A stretch of 29,181 nucleotides of DNA from IMG/VR virus record IMGVR_UViG_3300032253_000030, positions 1 through 29,181 of that record; one strand, given 5' to 3'. A program made the translations under genes and the position numbers. This DNA is from a virus (taxonomy: Duplodnaviria; Caudoviricetes). Positions 9,654 through 17,536 of the stretch are shown here, in pieces; the first letter of the stretch is position 1, and each line of letters opens with the position of its first letter. Under the pieces are notes generated by a model, which saw nothing but the letters and a program-made list of their open reading frames with translations, was not told the DNA's origin and did no database searches.

Positions 9654-11352
9654 CGCAGGCGTTGAAATTGGCGCAACGTTAAACCGTAGTTATTCGCGCT
9701 CATTTAAATCTGCTAATGATACGGCAGTAAAGCTGGGTAAAACCTTGCGTGATTCGCGCTTGGGATTAACTGCGGCTAAGAATTTATCGGTGTATAAAGC
9801 CCGGCTGGATGCGTTAAAGAAATCGCAAAAATCCGGGCGTGTTGTTACAGATGCTTTTAATAAGAAGTTGGCTGAAACTCAGCGGCAGTTTGATCGTGCT
9901 GAGCGTGCTGCGAAAAAGTATGGTATCACCGCCGATAATGTTACTCGACGGCAACGTGCGTTGGCGAAAAGTGCCTTTGCTGCAGAGCGGGGTATTGGGC
10001 GCTTGCAGCGTCGGCAGAAGATTGGTGGTCGTTTACGTCGTGGTGCTGCGATTGGTGTTGGTGCTGGTTTGGGATTGGCTTATGCGGGGCGGGGTAAGTT
10101 AGGGTTTGAGCGTGAGTCTGTGTTTTTACGGACAGTGCTTAATGCCAAGGATAAAGACGATGCGCTTGCAAGATCTAAGGCTCATGCCAAGCGATTTTCT
10201 CAGGACGGCTTGACGAGTGCAGAGGATATGTTGCGTATTCAGTATGCGTTAAATTCGGGTGGCTTGAGTGCGGGTGTGTCGCGTGTGGGTAGTGCGCCGG
10301 TGGCGAAGGTGGCGACATTAACGCGGGGTTTGCCGCAGCAGGTTGGTTCGTTGATGACCACGGTATTTAACACTATGGGTGATCAGTTTAAGGGCGCGGA
10401 GTCTGAGAAGCTGGGGCGCATTGGTGATTTGCTAACTCAAACCCAATTTAAGTATCAGTTTGATGACTTTGCTCAGCTGGGTGAGTCGTTGAAAACGGCG
10501 GTACCGGCGCTAATTGGTCAGGGTATGGATTTGTCCGAAGGGCTGGTGTTGTTGGGCCGTTTGAATAATGCAGGTTTACGGGGTTCTTTGTCTGGTACGG
10601 CTTTAACAGCGACGTTGCGGCAATTGCCAAAAGCATCTGATGAGCTGGGGTTTGAACTGTTTCGTGATGAAAGTGGAAAGTTGGATTTTGCAGCAACGAT
10701 TAAAGATCTGGAGCAGGTAATTGGTGGTTTTGAAAACCAGGATCAGGAAACGCGTGACCAGTTACAAACCTTGTTTGGTGATGAGGGTATTCGGGGTATT
10801 CAGGCGCTTAGTAAAATAATTGACGAGATTGCTGTTGATAAGGATAAGCTGGAAAACGATTCGCTGAATATTACTGACAAGACATATGCTGAGTTCGTAC
10901 GTTCTGCACCGGCAAAGGTTGATAAAGCGTTGAATAATTTCAAGACCTTGACTGAAACGCTGGTAAATAAGTTTTTACCAGTGATTGAGTCGGTGAGTGA
11001 TAGTTTGACCAGTGCAGCTCAAAAACTGGATAAATTTGTGGAGTTTGGGGGTAAAGCCAATGACGGCAAAACCGGTGAGGTAGTTTATAAAAGTTTGTTT
11101 GATGAGCCAGAGCCTATTACGAAAGATTCTAGTGTTTGGGATATGATGTATTCTGCGGGTTATGCGCCTGCAGAGTTTATGTGGAAAAAACTATTTGGCG
11201 ATACGCCGCAAACAGTCACTAATAATAACGAATTTAATATTTATCCATCGAAAGGTATGAGTGAGGAAGATATAGGGGAAATCGTTGTACGAAAAATAGA
11301 AACGGTTTCTGAACGTACTAGACGTCGCGCTGAGGAAAGTGCTTATGACTAG
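9640..11352 (+). CDS. Tail tape measure protein (TP901-type core)
   Basis: Ala/Gly/Leu-rich helical protein with 'LGESLK...LNNAGLRGSLSGTAL...LFGDEG' motifs; lies between chaperone and GpU. Confidence 0.9.
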   Translation: MANRSAGVEIGATLNRSYSRSFKSANDTAVKLGKTLRDSRLGLTAAKNLSVYKARLDALKKSQKSGRVVTDAFNKKLAETQRQFDRAERAAKKYGITADNVTRRQRALAKSAFAAERGIGRLQRRQKIGGRLRRGAAIGVGAGLGLAYAGRGKLGFERESVFLRTVLNAKDKDDALARSKAHAKRFSQDGLTSAEDMLRIQYALNSGGLSAGVSRVGSAPVAKVATLTRGLPQQVGSLMTTVFNTMGDQFKGAESEKLGRIGDLLTQTQFKYQFDDFAQLGESLKTAVPALIGQGMDLSEGLVLLGRLNNAGLRGSLSGTALTATLRQLPKASDELGFELFRDESGKLDFAATIKDLEQVIGGFENQDQETRDQLQTLFGDEGIRGIQALSKIIDEIAVDKDKLENDSLNITDKTYAEFVRSAPAKVDKALNNFKTLTETLVNKFLPVIESVSDSLTSAAQKLDKFVEFGGKANDGKTGEVVYKSLFDEPEPITKDSSVWDMMYSAGYAPAEFMWKKLFGDTPQTVTNNNEFNIYPSKGMSEEDIGEIVVRKIETVSERTRRRAEESAYD

Positions 11353-11857
11353 TAGTCTTAGCGAAGTTTATGACAGTGTTGGCAATCTTGCGGGCGATGC
11401 AGGTAGGATTCGTCTATTGGGTGAGGCAATAGCTCATCATCTTAAGCGAAATTCGCCTATTCAATATGCTTTGGGCCCGTTTATGTTTAGTTTGGATACT
11501 GCTAGTCCACAAAGTTTAAATCGTACGTCTCAATACGATTGGGCTGCGCAACGTAGGTTGGGGCTTGATGTGGCGTGGCAATATACGGGTAAGGGTGATG
11601 ATTCGATCGTCATTGATGGGTTGATTTATCCAGAATACAAGGGCGGCCTTGGACAGTTGGAATTGATGCGCAGTATAGCAGGATTGGGTAAGAAGCAATT
11701 CTTGATTGATGGTCGTGGTACACCGTATGGGTTTTGGGTGATTACACGTGTGGTCGAGAAGCAAACTATTTTTAATTCCGATGGTACGCCAAAGAAAGTC
11801 GGTTTTTCTATTGCGTTATCTGCTTATGGCGATGATATCAATTATTTACCTTTTTAG
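11339..11857 (+). CDS. Phage tail protein GpU-like
   Basis: 'LGPFMFSL...WAAQRR...QYTGKG...DGRGTPYGFWVIT...F...G.PKKVGFSIAL'. Confidence 0.85.
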   Translation: MLMTSSLSEVYDSVGNLAGDAGRIRLLGEAIAHHLKRNSPIQYALGPFMFSLDTASPQSLNRTSQYDWAAQRRLGLDVAWQYTGKGDDSIVIDGLIYPEYKGGLGQLELMRSIAGLGKKQFLIDGRGTPYGFWVITRVVEKQTIFNSDGTPKKVGFSIALSAYGDDINYLPF

Positions 11858-11896
11858 TTTTCCTTTTCTCTTCTATTGGTTAATTGTGGGATTTAT

Positions 11897-12874
11897 ATGA
11901 AGCCGGTTTATCGCGTTGTTGCAAATGATGATGATGTGACGCGGATTCTTCGGCAGCGTTTGTTGCAGATTGATGTGATAGATGAGTTGGATCGTACCAG
12001 TGATAAGTTGGAGTTGACACTGGATGATCGTGATGGCGACATTGTTTATCCAAGTAAAGATGTAGTGTTGGCCGTTGAGATCGGTTATGAGGGACAGACA
12101 CTCGTTAAGCAGGGGAGTTTTACCGGGTTAAGTGTTAGCTTGAGTGGGCCACCTCAGCAAATGGTTTTTCATGCAACTGCGGTTGATTTGCGTAAGTCGT
12201 TTAAGACGAAAAAAAATCGAGGTTGGGATGATGTTTCGTTAAAAGACATTGCTGATACGATTGCGGGTGAATATGGCTATACGGCAGTTGTGGATGATTT
12301 TTTAGCGGCAATTACGTTTGTGCATGTTGATCAGGTGGAGCAAACAGATTGGCAGTTTCTGGATAAATGGGTGCGGTTTTATGATGGTTTTATAAAAATC
12401 AGTGCCGGTCATTTGGTGATTGGTCAGCGAGGTGGTAAGCGCAGTGTTGCTACGGGTAAGTTACTGCCTAAGATTGTTGCAGAATTTAAAAAAAATCTGT
12501 TGCGTTGGGATTTTGATAATACTGATAAGACACGTTTTTTGTCAGTTACTGCTCAATGGCGTGATCTCTCAACCGCGACCACTAAAAGCTATACCGCTGG
12601 TAATGGATTGCCGAATTTGTTTGTGGGTGATGTGGCTAATGAGGCTCGGGCAAAGCAGATTTGTGATACTCGGTTGAAGCGCTTACAACGACTTGAATCT
12701 ACGGCGAACATTGAGATTATCGGGGAGCCAATGGCAAGTAGTTTGGCTGAGCTGGAAGTTAAGAAATTACGCGATCATGTTGATGGATCGTATGAAATCA
12801 CGCGTGTTCATCATTCGTTAACTCGTAGCGGCGGGTTTGTGACGAAGTTGACTGGGGAATTGCCGAAAAGTTAG
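11897..12874 (+). CDS. Baseplate hub / late control D-like protein (P2 GpD)
   Basis: 'SDKLELTLDDRDG...IGYEG...SGPP...HVDQVEQTDWQFL...VHHSL..SGGFVT'; follows GpU. Confidence 0.9.
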   Translation: MKPVYRVVANDDDVTRILRQRLLQIDVIDELDRTSDKLELTLDDRDGDIVYPSKDVVLAVEIGYEGQTLVKQGSFTGLSVSLSGPPQQMVFHATAVDLRKSFKTKKNRGWDDVSLKDIADTIAGEYGYTAVVDDFLAAITFVHVDQVEQTDWQFLDKWVRFYDGFIKISAGHLVIGQRGGKRSVATGKLLPKIVAEFKKNLLRWDFDNTDKTRFLSVTAQWRDLSTATTKSYTAGNGLPNLFVGDVANEARAKQICDTRLKRLQRLESTANIEIIGEPMASSLAELEVKKLRDHVDGSYEITRVHHSLTRSGGFVTKLTGELPKS

Positions 12875-12904
12875 CTTTTTAGAAATTGATTATTATTTTT
12901 TTTC

Positions 12905-12928
12905 AGGTCACTTCGGTGGCCTTTTTTT
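12905..12928 (+). terminator. Rho-independent terminator after gpD
   Basis: AGGTCAC-TTCG-GTGGCCT (one G-U pair, UUCG tetraloop) followed by a T-run. Confidence 0.8.
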
Positions 12929-12957
12929 ATGGGCGCATAAAAAGGAGATGTATCCGA

Positions 12958-13269
12958 ATGGTTGATTTATCCGATGGTGATGTTGAGCGAATAGCAGGAA
13001 GTTTATTTGAGAAATTTAATCATGCTGGTTTGTCGGATGATGATGTTGAGCGGATTAGTTGCAAGCTGTTTGATAAGTTTGACAGTAAATTGAGTTCATT
13101 TTGGATTGAGCCTCAAAAGCATTATGACTCGCATCGACGGATTGATGATCTGCTTGAAGTCTGGAAGCAGACTAAGAGCACGTTCTTGAAGACATTTATT
13201 GGTATTTTCATTTTGGGTGTAATTGCGTTTTCGGCATTTCCTATGGTCTTGAAAAAAGTGGGTGGTTAG
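12958..13269 (+). CDS. Hypothetical protein with C-terminal TM helix and internal 21-aa duplication (lysis region)
   Basis: AAGGAG RBS then ATG at 12958; C-terminal FIGIFILGVIAFSAF. Confidence 0.7.
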   Translation: MVDLSDGDVERIAGSLFEKFNHAGLSDDDVERISCKLFDKFDSKLSSFWIEPQKHYDSHRRIDDLLEVWKQTKSTFLKTFIGIFILGVIAFSAFPMVLKKVGG

Positions 13270-13548
13270 ATGATTACCAAAGATAAATGGAGTCATTTTA
13301 AAGCGGGTGCGTTGATTGCTTTGGTGATGTTTTTTGTATTGTTGGATATCGGTGTGATTTGGAGTGTTGCTCTGGTTTGGTCTGTTATTGTTTCGTCAAT
13401 TGCTGGTGTTGCAAAAGAAGTTTATGACTCTATGCATCCGGATAAACACTCTGTGGATATTATGGACTGGTGTTTTACGGCTTGGGGTGGTTTAGCAATG
13501 GCAGTGTTGATTGGGCTAATTTTTGGATTTGCTTATGTCTCATTTTAA
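13270..13548 (+). CDS. Small multi-TM membrane protein (DUF2279/VanZ-like 'DKxxHF' type)
   Basis: 'DKWSHFKAG...AGVAKEVYD...D..D...TAWGG'; three hydrophobic segments. Confidence 0.6.
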   Translation: MITKDKWSHFKAGALIALVMFFVLLDIGVIWSVALVWSVIVSSIAGVAKEVYDSMHPDKHSVDIMDWCFTAWGGLAMAVLIGLIFGFAYVSF

Positions 13549-14017
13549 TGTTGCAGTTGAGAAAACACTGGGTCATGAGGGTGGCCATAATAATGATCCT
13601 GATGATCTCGGTGGTGAGACTAACTGGGGTATTAGTCAACGCCAATATCCTAAGCTTGATATTAAAAACCTTTCTCGTAGTGCTGCTGTGGATATTTATT
13701 ATCGGGATTATTGGTTGAAATTTCGTTGTGATGAGATTTTGAATGAATCCATTGCGATTAAGTATTTTGATTTAGTTGTGAATATGCGACCAAAATCTGC
13801 AGCTAAGGTTTTACAATATGCATTGGCGGCTGCGGGTGAGCGTGTTAAGTGGGATTTTGTTGTCGGTTCTAAAACGTTGAAAGCGGTTAATCGTGTTGAT
13901 CCGGTTGTGTTGCTGGCTACCATGAAAGCTGAGCAGGCATGGCATTATCGTTTACGTATGTTGAAAAATCCGATAAATGAGAAATATAAGGGTTGGATGT
14001 CGAGGGCTTATTCATGA
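13535..14017 (+). CDS. Endolysin, glycoside hydrolase family 108 with C-terminal peptidoglycan-binding domain
   Basis: 'HEGGHNNDPDDLGGETNWGIS...A..IY..DYW...FD..VN...LQ...G.KTL...GW..R'. Confidence 0.9.
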   Translation: MSHFNVAVEKTLGHEGGHNNDPDDLGGETNWGISQRQYPKLDIKNLSRSAAVDIYYRDYWLKFRCDEILNESIAIKYFDLVVNMRPKSAAKVLQYALAAAGERVKWDFVVGSKTLKAVNRVDPVVLLATMKAEQAWHYRLRMLKNPINEKYKGWMSRAYS

Positions 14018-14193
14018 AAGAGAAATTTTTATCACGTCGCTATTTTTTGGTATGTGCATGTGCAGTCATTTTTACAGTATTGCTATATATGTCAAAAATG
14101 GATGAAGGGACATACGAACGGTTAATTATCGCAATTGTTGGTGGTTTTTTAACGTCAAGTTATTTTGAAAAACGATTAGACAAAAATGCTTAG
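14014..14193 (+). CDS. Putative holin (two TM helices, 59 aa)
   Basis: MKEKFLSRRYFLVCACAVIFTVLL...LIIAIVGGFL with a charged tail; lies between endolysin and spanin. Confidence 0.55.
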   Translation: MKEKFLSRRYFLVCACAVIFTVLLYMSKMDEGTYERLIIAIVGGFLTSSYFEKRLDKNA

Positions 14194-14707
14194 TTCGTGG
14201 TTGGGAAAGTTAGCATTTAAAAAATTGATGTCATCAAAGTATGTATTGGCTTTACTTGGTATTGGTTTGGTATTTAGTGTGGGGTATTTTGGTTGGCAGT
14301 ATATCAATGACATTAATCAAAAGCATTTGGTTGTTGAGATTGAAAATAAACGACTTAGTGAAATGCTTGATGTAAAAACGGCTGAATCTGATCAAATGCT
14401 TAATGCTGTTAACGCGTATTCGATCGCTTTAGTGGATACATCGAGCGAACTTGATCGTGTTAAAAAAGATCACGCGAAGTTGGAGGGGCAATTCAATGCA
14501 GTACAATTTGCAAAACATTTTGAGCAGTGGGCGATGGACGATACAGATCGCCTTGCTGTTTGTATGCAGTCTAGCTTTAATCAGTTGCTCGACAACCTCG
14601 AAGCCTCGACCCGAGGTCAGATACCAACACACGAAGATCCTTTGTCCTGCGCCACCGTCAATAACTCAGGTAATCGTTCCGCCGTTGTCGCCAAGGCCGG
14701 TGATTGA
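14186..14707 (+). CDS. Putative i-spanin (Rz-like)
   Basis: N-terminal TM helix followed by coiled-coil and two C-terminal Cys; overlapped by a lipoprotein gene. Confidence 0.75.
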   Translation: MLSSWLGKLAFKKLMSSKYVLALLGIGLVFSVGYFGWQYINDINQKHLVVEIENKRLSEMLDVKTAESDQMLNAVNAYSIALVDTSSELDRVKKDHAKLEGQFNAVQFAKHFEQWAMDDTDRLAVCMQSSFNQLLDNLEASTRGQIPTHEDPLSCATVNNSGNRSAVVAKAGD

Positions 14708-14855
14708 TAATGGTCAAGCCTGGTGGGTAGGCTTTCCTGCTCAAGATGGTGAGTTTTTAGTTAAATTTATTCTTGATCAGACACAATTTGCCCGGCAAGC
14801 GCATGCTAATCTGTCGTATTACCGGGCTTGTATCGATGGTTTTAATGGTGGTTAG
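14496..14855 (+). CDS. Putative o-spanin (Rz1-like lipoprotein), overlapping frame
   Basis: GGAGGGG RBS at 14482-14488 and ATG at 14496; lipobox 'LALISC' followed by a Pro-rich segment. Confidence 0.75.
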   Translation: MQYNLQNILSSGRWTIQIALLFVCSLALISCSTTSKPRPEVRYQHTKILCPAPPSITQVIVPPLSPRPVIDNGQAWWVGFPAQDGEFLVKFILDQTQFARQAHANLSYYRACIDGFNGG

Positions 14856-15042
14856 TTGGTTTTTTAATAGTAGGATTTGTTAGGCCTAAGTGCGCAATGA
14901 CGGTATTTATGTTTTTTTTATTTGCAATGTAGCTTTCATTTGGGACTATCTTTATATCTGATATTTGGCCATTTTCTATTGTAACTAGGATACGTTGACG
15001 TAGTGTTTGGTTTTTAAAAATATTCTTTTTTTTAAAAAACAT
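14842..15042 (-). CDS. Hypothetical protein, 66 aa
   Basis: GAGGTG RBS (15052-15057, minus strand) ahead of ATG at 15042. Confidence 0.5.
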   Translation of the reverse strand: MFFKKKNIFKNQTLRQRILVTIENGQISDIKIVPNESYIANKKNINTVIAHLGLTNPTIKKPTNHH

Positions 15043-15274
15043 AAATAATATCACCTCATAGATGGTTATCCTTTTATGTGTTGCTTTGCATCCTGCGATT
15101 AAATTAGTTAATTGAATTAAATATAGTGAAAATTTGAAGATCTTATAATTGTTTGTTTTTATAGGGGCATTTTTCAATTCTTGGGTAATGTGAGATTTAT
15201 TCCCAAAATCCCGTTTTAGTTATATCGGATTCATGAGTTTGTATGGACAGGAGCTGGGAAGTGGTTAAGTTAGT

Positions 15275-15700
15275 CTAATTTTCACACCATTTATTTCTGA
15301 GTTTTTTTATTGGTTGGTATTTTCGTGCCAAATTTTCATCGAGTAATCTGCTGCTTAGATTGTAACCATTAATATAGATGTTTGCTAATGGTCTTCCATA
15401 ACGCCCCATTCCATTTATTGTTACTTTTGCTTTTCCCTCTGCCAAAAATTTAATGGTAAATTCCTTGGCTTTTTTAGCGAGTTCGCGCTCGCAGGTCTGT
15501 TTTGATTTTAATTCAGGAGTATCGATAAGTGCCAATCTCAATCGTGTTTTGTTAATTTGCCCTGGATAAACGTATAAATTAACATCAACTGTATCGCCGT
15601 CAATTACTCTTATAATGTCAGCATTGTATGGCCCGTACTGTTCTGCGGAATGTAATTGATAGCAGTGAAATATTGAGAGTATAAAAATTAAGGTGCGCAA
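15275..15700 (-). CDS. Thermonuclease (staphylococcal nuclease family), probably exported
   Basis: 'RVIDGDTV...RLALIDTPE...GRYGRPLA...LA' motifs. TTG start at 15700 after GGGGAAG gives a signal-peptide-like leader; the longer ORF runs through attP. Confidence 0.85.
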   Translation of the reverse strand: MRTLIFILSIFHCYQLHSAEQYGPYNADIIRVIDGDTVDVNLYVYPGQINKTRLRLALIDTPELKSKQTCERELAKKAKEFTIKFLAEGKAKVTINGMGRYGRPLANIYINGYNLSSRLLDENLARKYQPIKKLRNKWCEN

Positions 15701-15704
15701 TTTC

Positions 15705-15922
15705 TTCCCCAAAACTATAATGTAAGTGTTTGATAGCATTAGGACATAAATGCAGGTTTCTGGCCTATTGAATAGTATAGTTGATAACTGTAAGAGTATG
15801 AAATTTATGAAAAAAACTAGGGTTTTATTCGTGTGCATGGGTAACATACGTCAAGCATTATTCCTATTTAAAATCAATATGTTAGGCTTTCTCCAAAACT
15901 CCTCCAAAATCCCCCCAAAACC
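15705..15922. other. Putative attP (core, IHF sites and arm-type repeats)
   Basis: Perfect IHF consensus WATCAANNNNTTR at 15872-15884 (+) and 15723-15735 (-). CYCCAAAA repeats at 15707, 15891, 15902, 15913. Central host-gene fragment at 15807-15848. Confidence 0.75.
15807..15848 (+). pseudogene. 5' fragment of a low-molecular-weight protein-tyrosine phosphatase gene (att core / replacement N-terminus)
   Basis: Translates as MKKTRVLFVCMGNI, the LMW-PTP start VLFVCxGNICRS, and breaks off inside the P-loop. Confidence 0.75.
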
Positions 15923-16201
15923 AACTAGTTAAATATTTTATATTTTAGACTATATGGCTTTCTTTGTTTCTCTGTCGTTTCCAATATGTTGTCTTTTATT
16001 TTGATGAGAAGTTTGCTACCTTACCATCACATTGTAACCAAATCTCACTTATTGGTTGTATAGTTTTCGCGTGGTAATTGTTAAATAAATTTTATTGGTG
16101 CCGATAACACTTAATATATAGCTATTTTTTGTTATTTCGTCATGAAATTTTTACAATTTAATTCGACTTTTTAAGCATTGTTTTGAATAGGTGTGATTAA
16201 A

Positions 16202-17281
16202 ATGGCTAAAAATAGACGTAACAAACGAAATAGAGAAGGTAGCAATAATTCGTCAATACACCCTAAATCAGCTTTGCCGATTTCAACATCTTTGTTGGAC
16301 AATATGAAGGATGGAAGGGAATTTGAGAGTTTGCTTTCTCTTAATGATCCTGTGAAAATTGATGTTGCAGGAGATATTCGTAAGTCATTAGCAGAGATAT
16401 CAGCTATTAGAGGAAGGCCCATAGTTTGTTATTTGGCTAATGTAGTAAACCAAAGTATTAAGCAATCTACATCTATTAATGCGGATGATGATCTTCCCTT
16501 TAATGAATTGATATCTTGTGTGGGGGACTCTGAAGAGCTTGATATTGTACTGGTTACTCCAGGAGGTTCTGGGCAGCAGGTTGCTAAATTTGTTGAGAAA
16601 ATCCGAAACAATTTTAAAAATGTAACATTTATTATTCCAAACATTGCGATGAGTGCTGGCACAATATTTGTAATGTCTGGTGATGAAATTATTATGACGC
16701 CAAATTCTTATATTGGCCCGATTGATCCGCAAATACCGGATAAAAATGGATTTTATGTCCCAGCACAAGCGGTACTTTCGCTTATTGCGGATATACAAAA
16801 TAGAGGTGAGGACCTTCTTAAAAAAGGTCAAAACCCTCCTTGGACTGATTTACAAATACTTAAGCAGATTGACGGAAAAGAAATTGGTAATGCTATAAAT
16901 GCTAGTAAATATTCTATTGAGTTAGTTACCGATTATCTTCGTGATTATAAATTTAAGACATGGGAAAAACATGAAACATCAGGTGCTGTGGTTACGGAAA
17001 ACGAAAAAGAAAAAAGAGCAAATGAAATTGCAAGTAAATTATGTGATCATGGTAAGTGGAAGACTCATAGTAGAGGTATAACGCGAGAGATAGCGTGGTC
17101 AGAGTGTCGACTTAAAATTACACATTCTGAAAGTATTGATGGATTAGATAGGGCTATAAGAAGGTTTTGGGCGTTAACCTACTGGTGTTTTGAAAATACT
17201 GGTATTTATAAAATGTTTATTTCAAGTGATTATTGTTTATTAAGAATCGATAATACACTTGGTTCATCGAAGGGGAAATAA
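16202..17281 (+). CDS. SDH-family Clp/crotonase-fold serine proteinase (S49/SppA-like)
   Basis: 'VTPGGSG', 'AMSAGT' (Ser), 'IGPIDPQ' (Asp), 'THSRGI' (His); AT-rich. Confidence 0.85.
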   Translation: MAKNRRNKRNREGSNNSSIHPKSALPISTSLLDNMKDGREFESLLSLNDPVKIDVAGDIRKSLAEISAIRGRPIVCYLANVVNQSIKQSTSINADDDLPFNELISCVGDSEELDIVLVTPGGSGQQVAKFVEKIRNNFKNVTFIIPNIAMSAGTIFVMSGDEIIMTPNSYIGPIDPQIPDKNGFYVPAQAVLSLIADIQNRGEDLLKKGQNPPWTDLQILKQIDGKEIGNAINASKYSIELVTDYLRDYKFKTWEKHETSGAVVTENEKEKRANEIASKLCDHGKWKTHSRGITREIAWSECRLKITHSESIDGLDRAIRRFWALTYWCFENTGIYKMFISSDYCLLRIDNTLGSSKGK

Positions 17282-17282
17282 A

Positions 17283-17507
17283 ATGGATAGTATTAGTAAA
17301 ACTCTTAAGTCAGCTGGTTTCTCAGATGAGTATATATCAATATTTGAATCGTATATAAAAAATGATAATGATGTTTGTGATCCTCTTGTAGATTCTGAAA
17401 AATTACCGGAAATACATGTGGCTGATACTAACTCGTTAGTTGTATCGGTGAGAAATGATTATGTTTCTAGTGTGATGCTTAATAAGACAGATATTGGAAA
17501 TAAGTAA
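17283..17507 (+). CDS. Small acidic hypothetical protein, co-transcribed with the protease
   Basis: AAGGGG RBS; ATG 1 nt after the protease stop; same AT-rich composition. Confidence 0.65.
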   Translation: MDSISKTLKSAGFSDEYISIFESYIKNDNDVCDPLVDSEKLPEIHVADTNSLVVSVRNDYVSSVMLNKTDIGNK

Positions 17508-17536
17508 GTTTACTAATTGTTGGTTTTAATGATTGA

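Noticed and set aside
12876-12957. TTG-started N-terminal extension of the 12886 ORF
   Set aside because: It crosses the terminator; AAGGAG plus ATG at 12958 is the better start.
1016-14632. Numerous short antisense or alternate-frame ORFs in the tail and lysis region
   Set aside because: They are shadows of well-supported genes with no motifs or RBS; only the o-spanin and E' overlaps are supported.
15180-15210. Inverted repeat TTGGG(T)AAT...ATTCCCAA as att core
   Set aside because: It lacks the flanking IHF sites and host-gene fragment seen at 15705-15922; its function is unassigned.
15701-15847. Long N-terminus of the thermonuclease ORF
   Set aside because: It runs through the attP core and IHF sites; a TTG start with RBS at 15700 gives a better signal peptide.
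15750-15932. 60-aa ORF as a functional phosphatase
   Set aside because: Similarity ends mid P-loop (no CRS); the remainder is att arm sequence.
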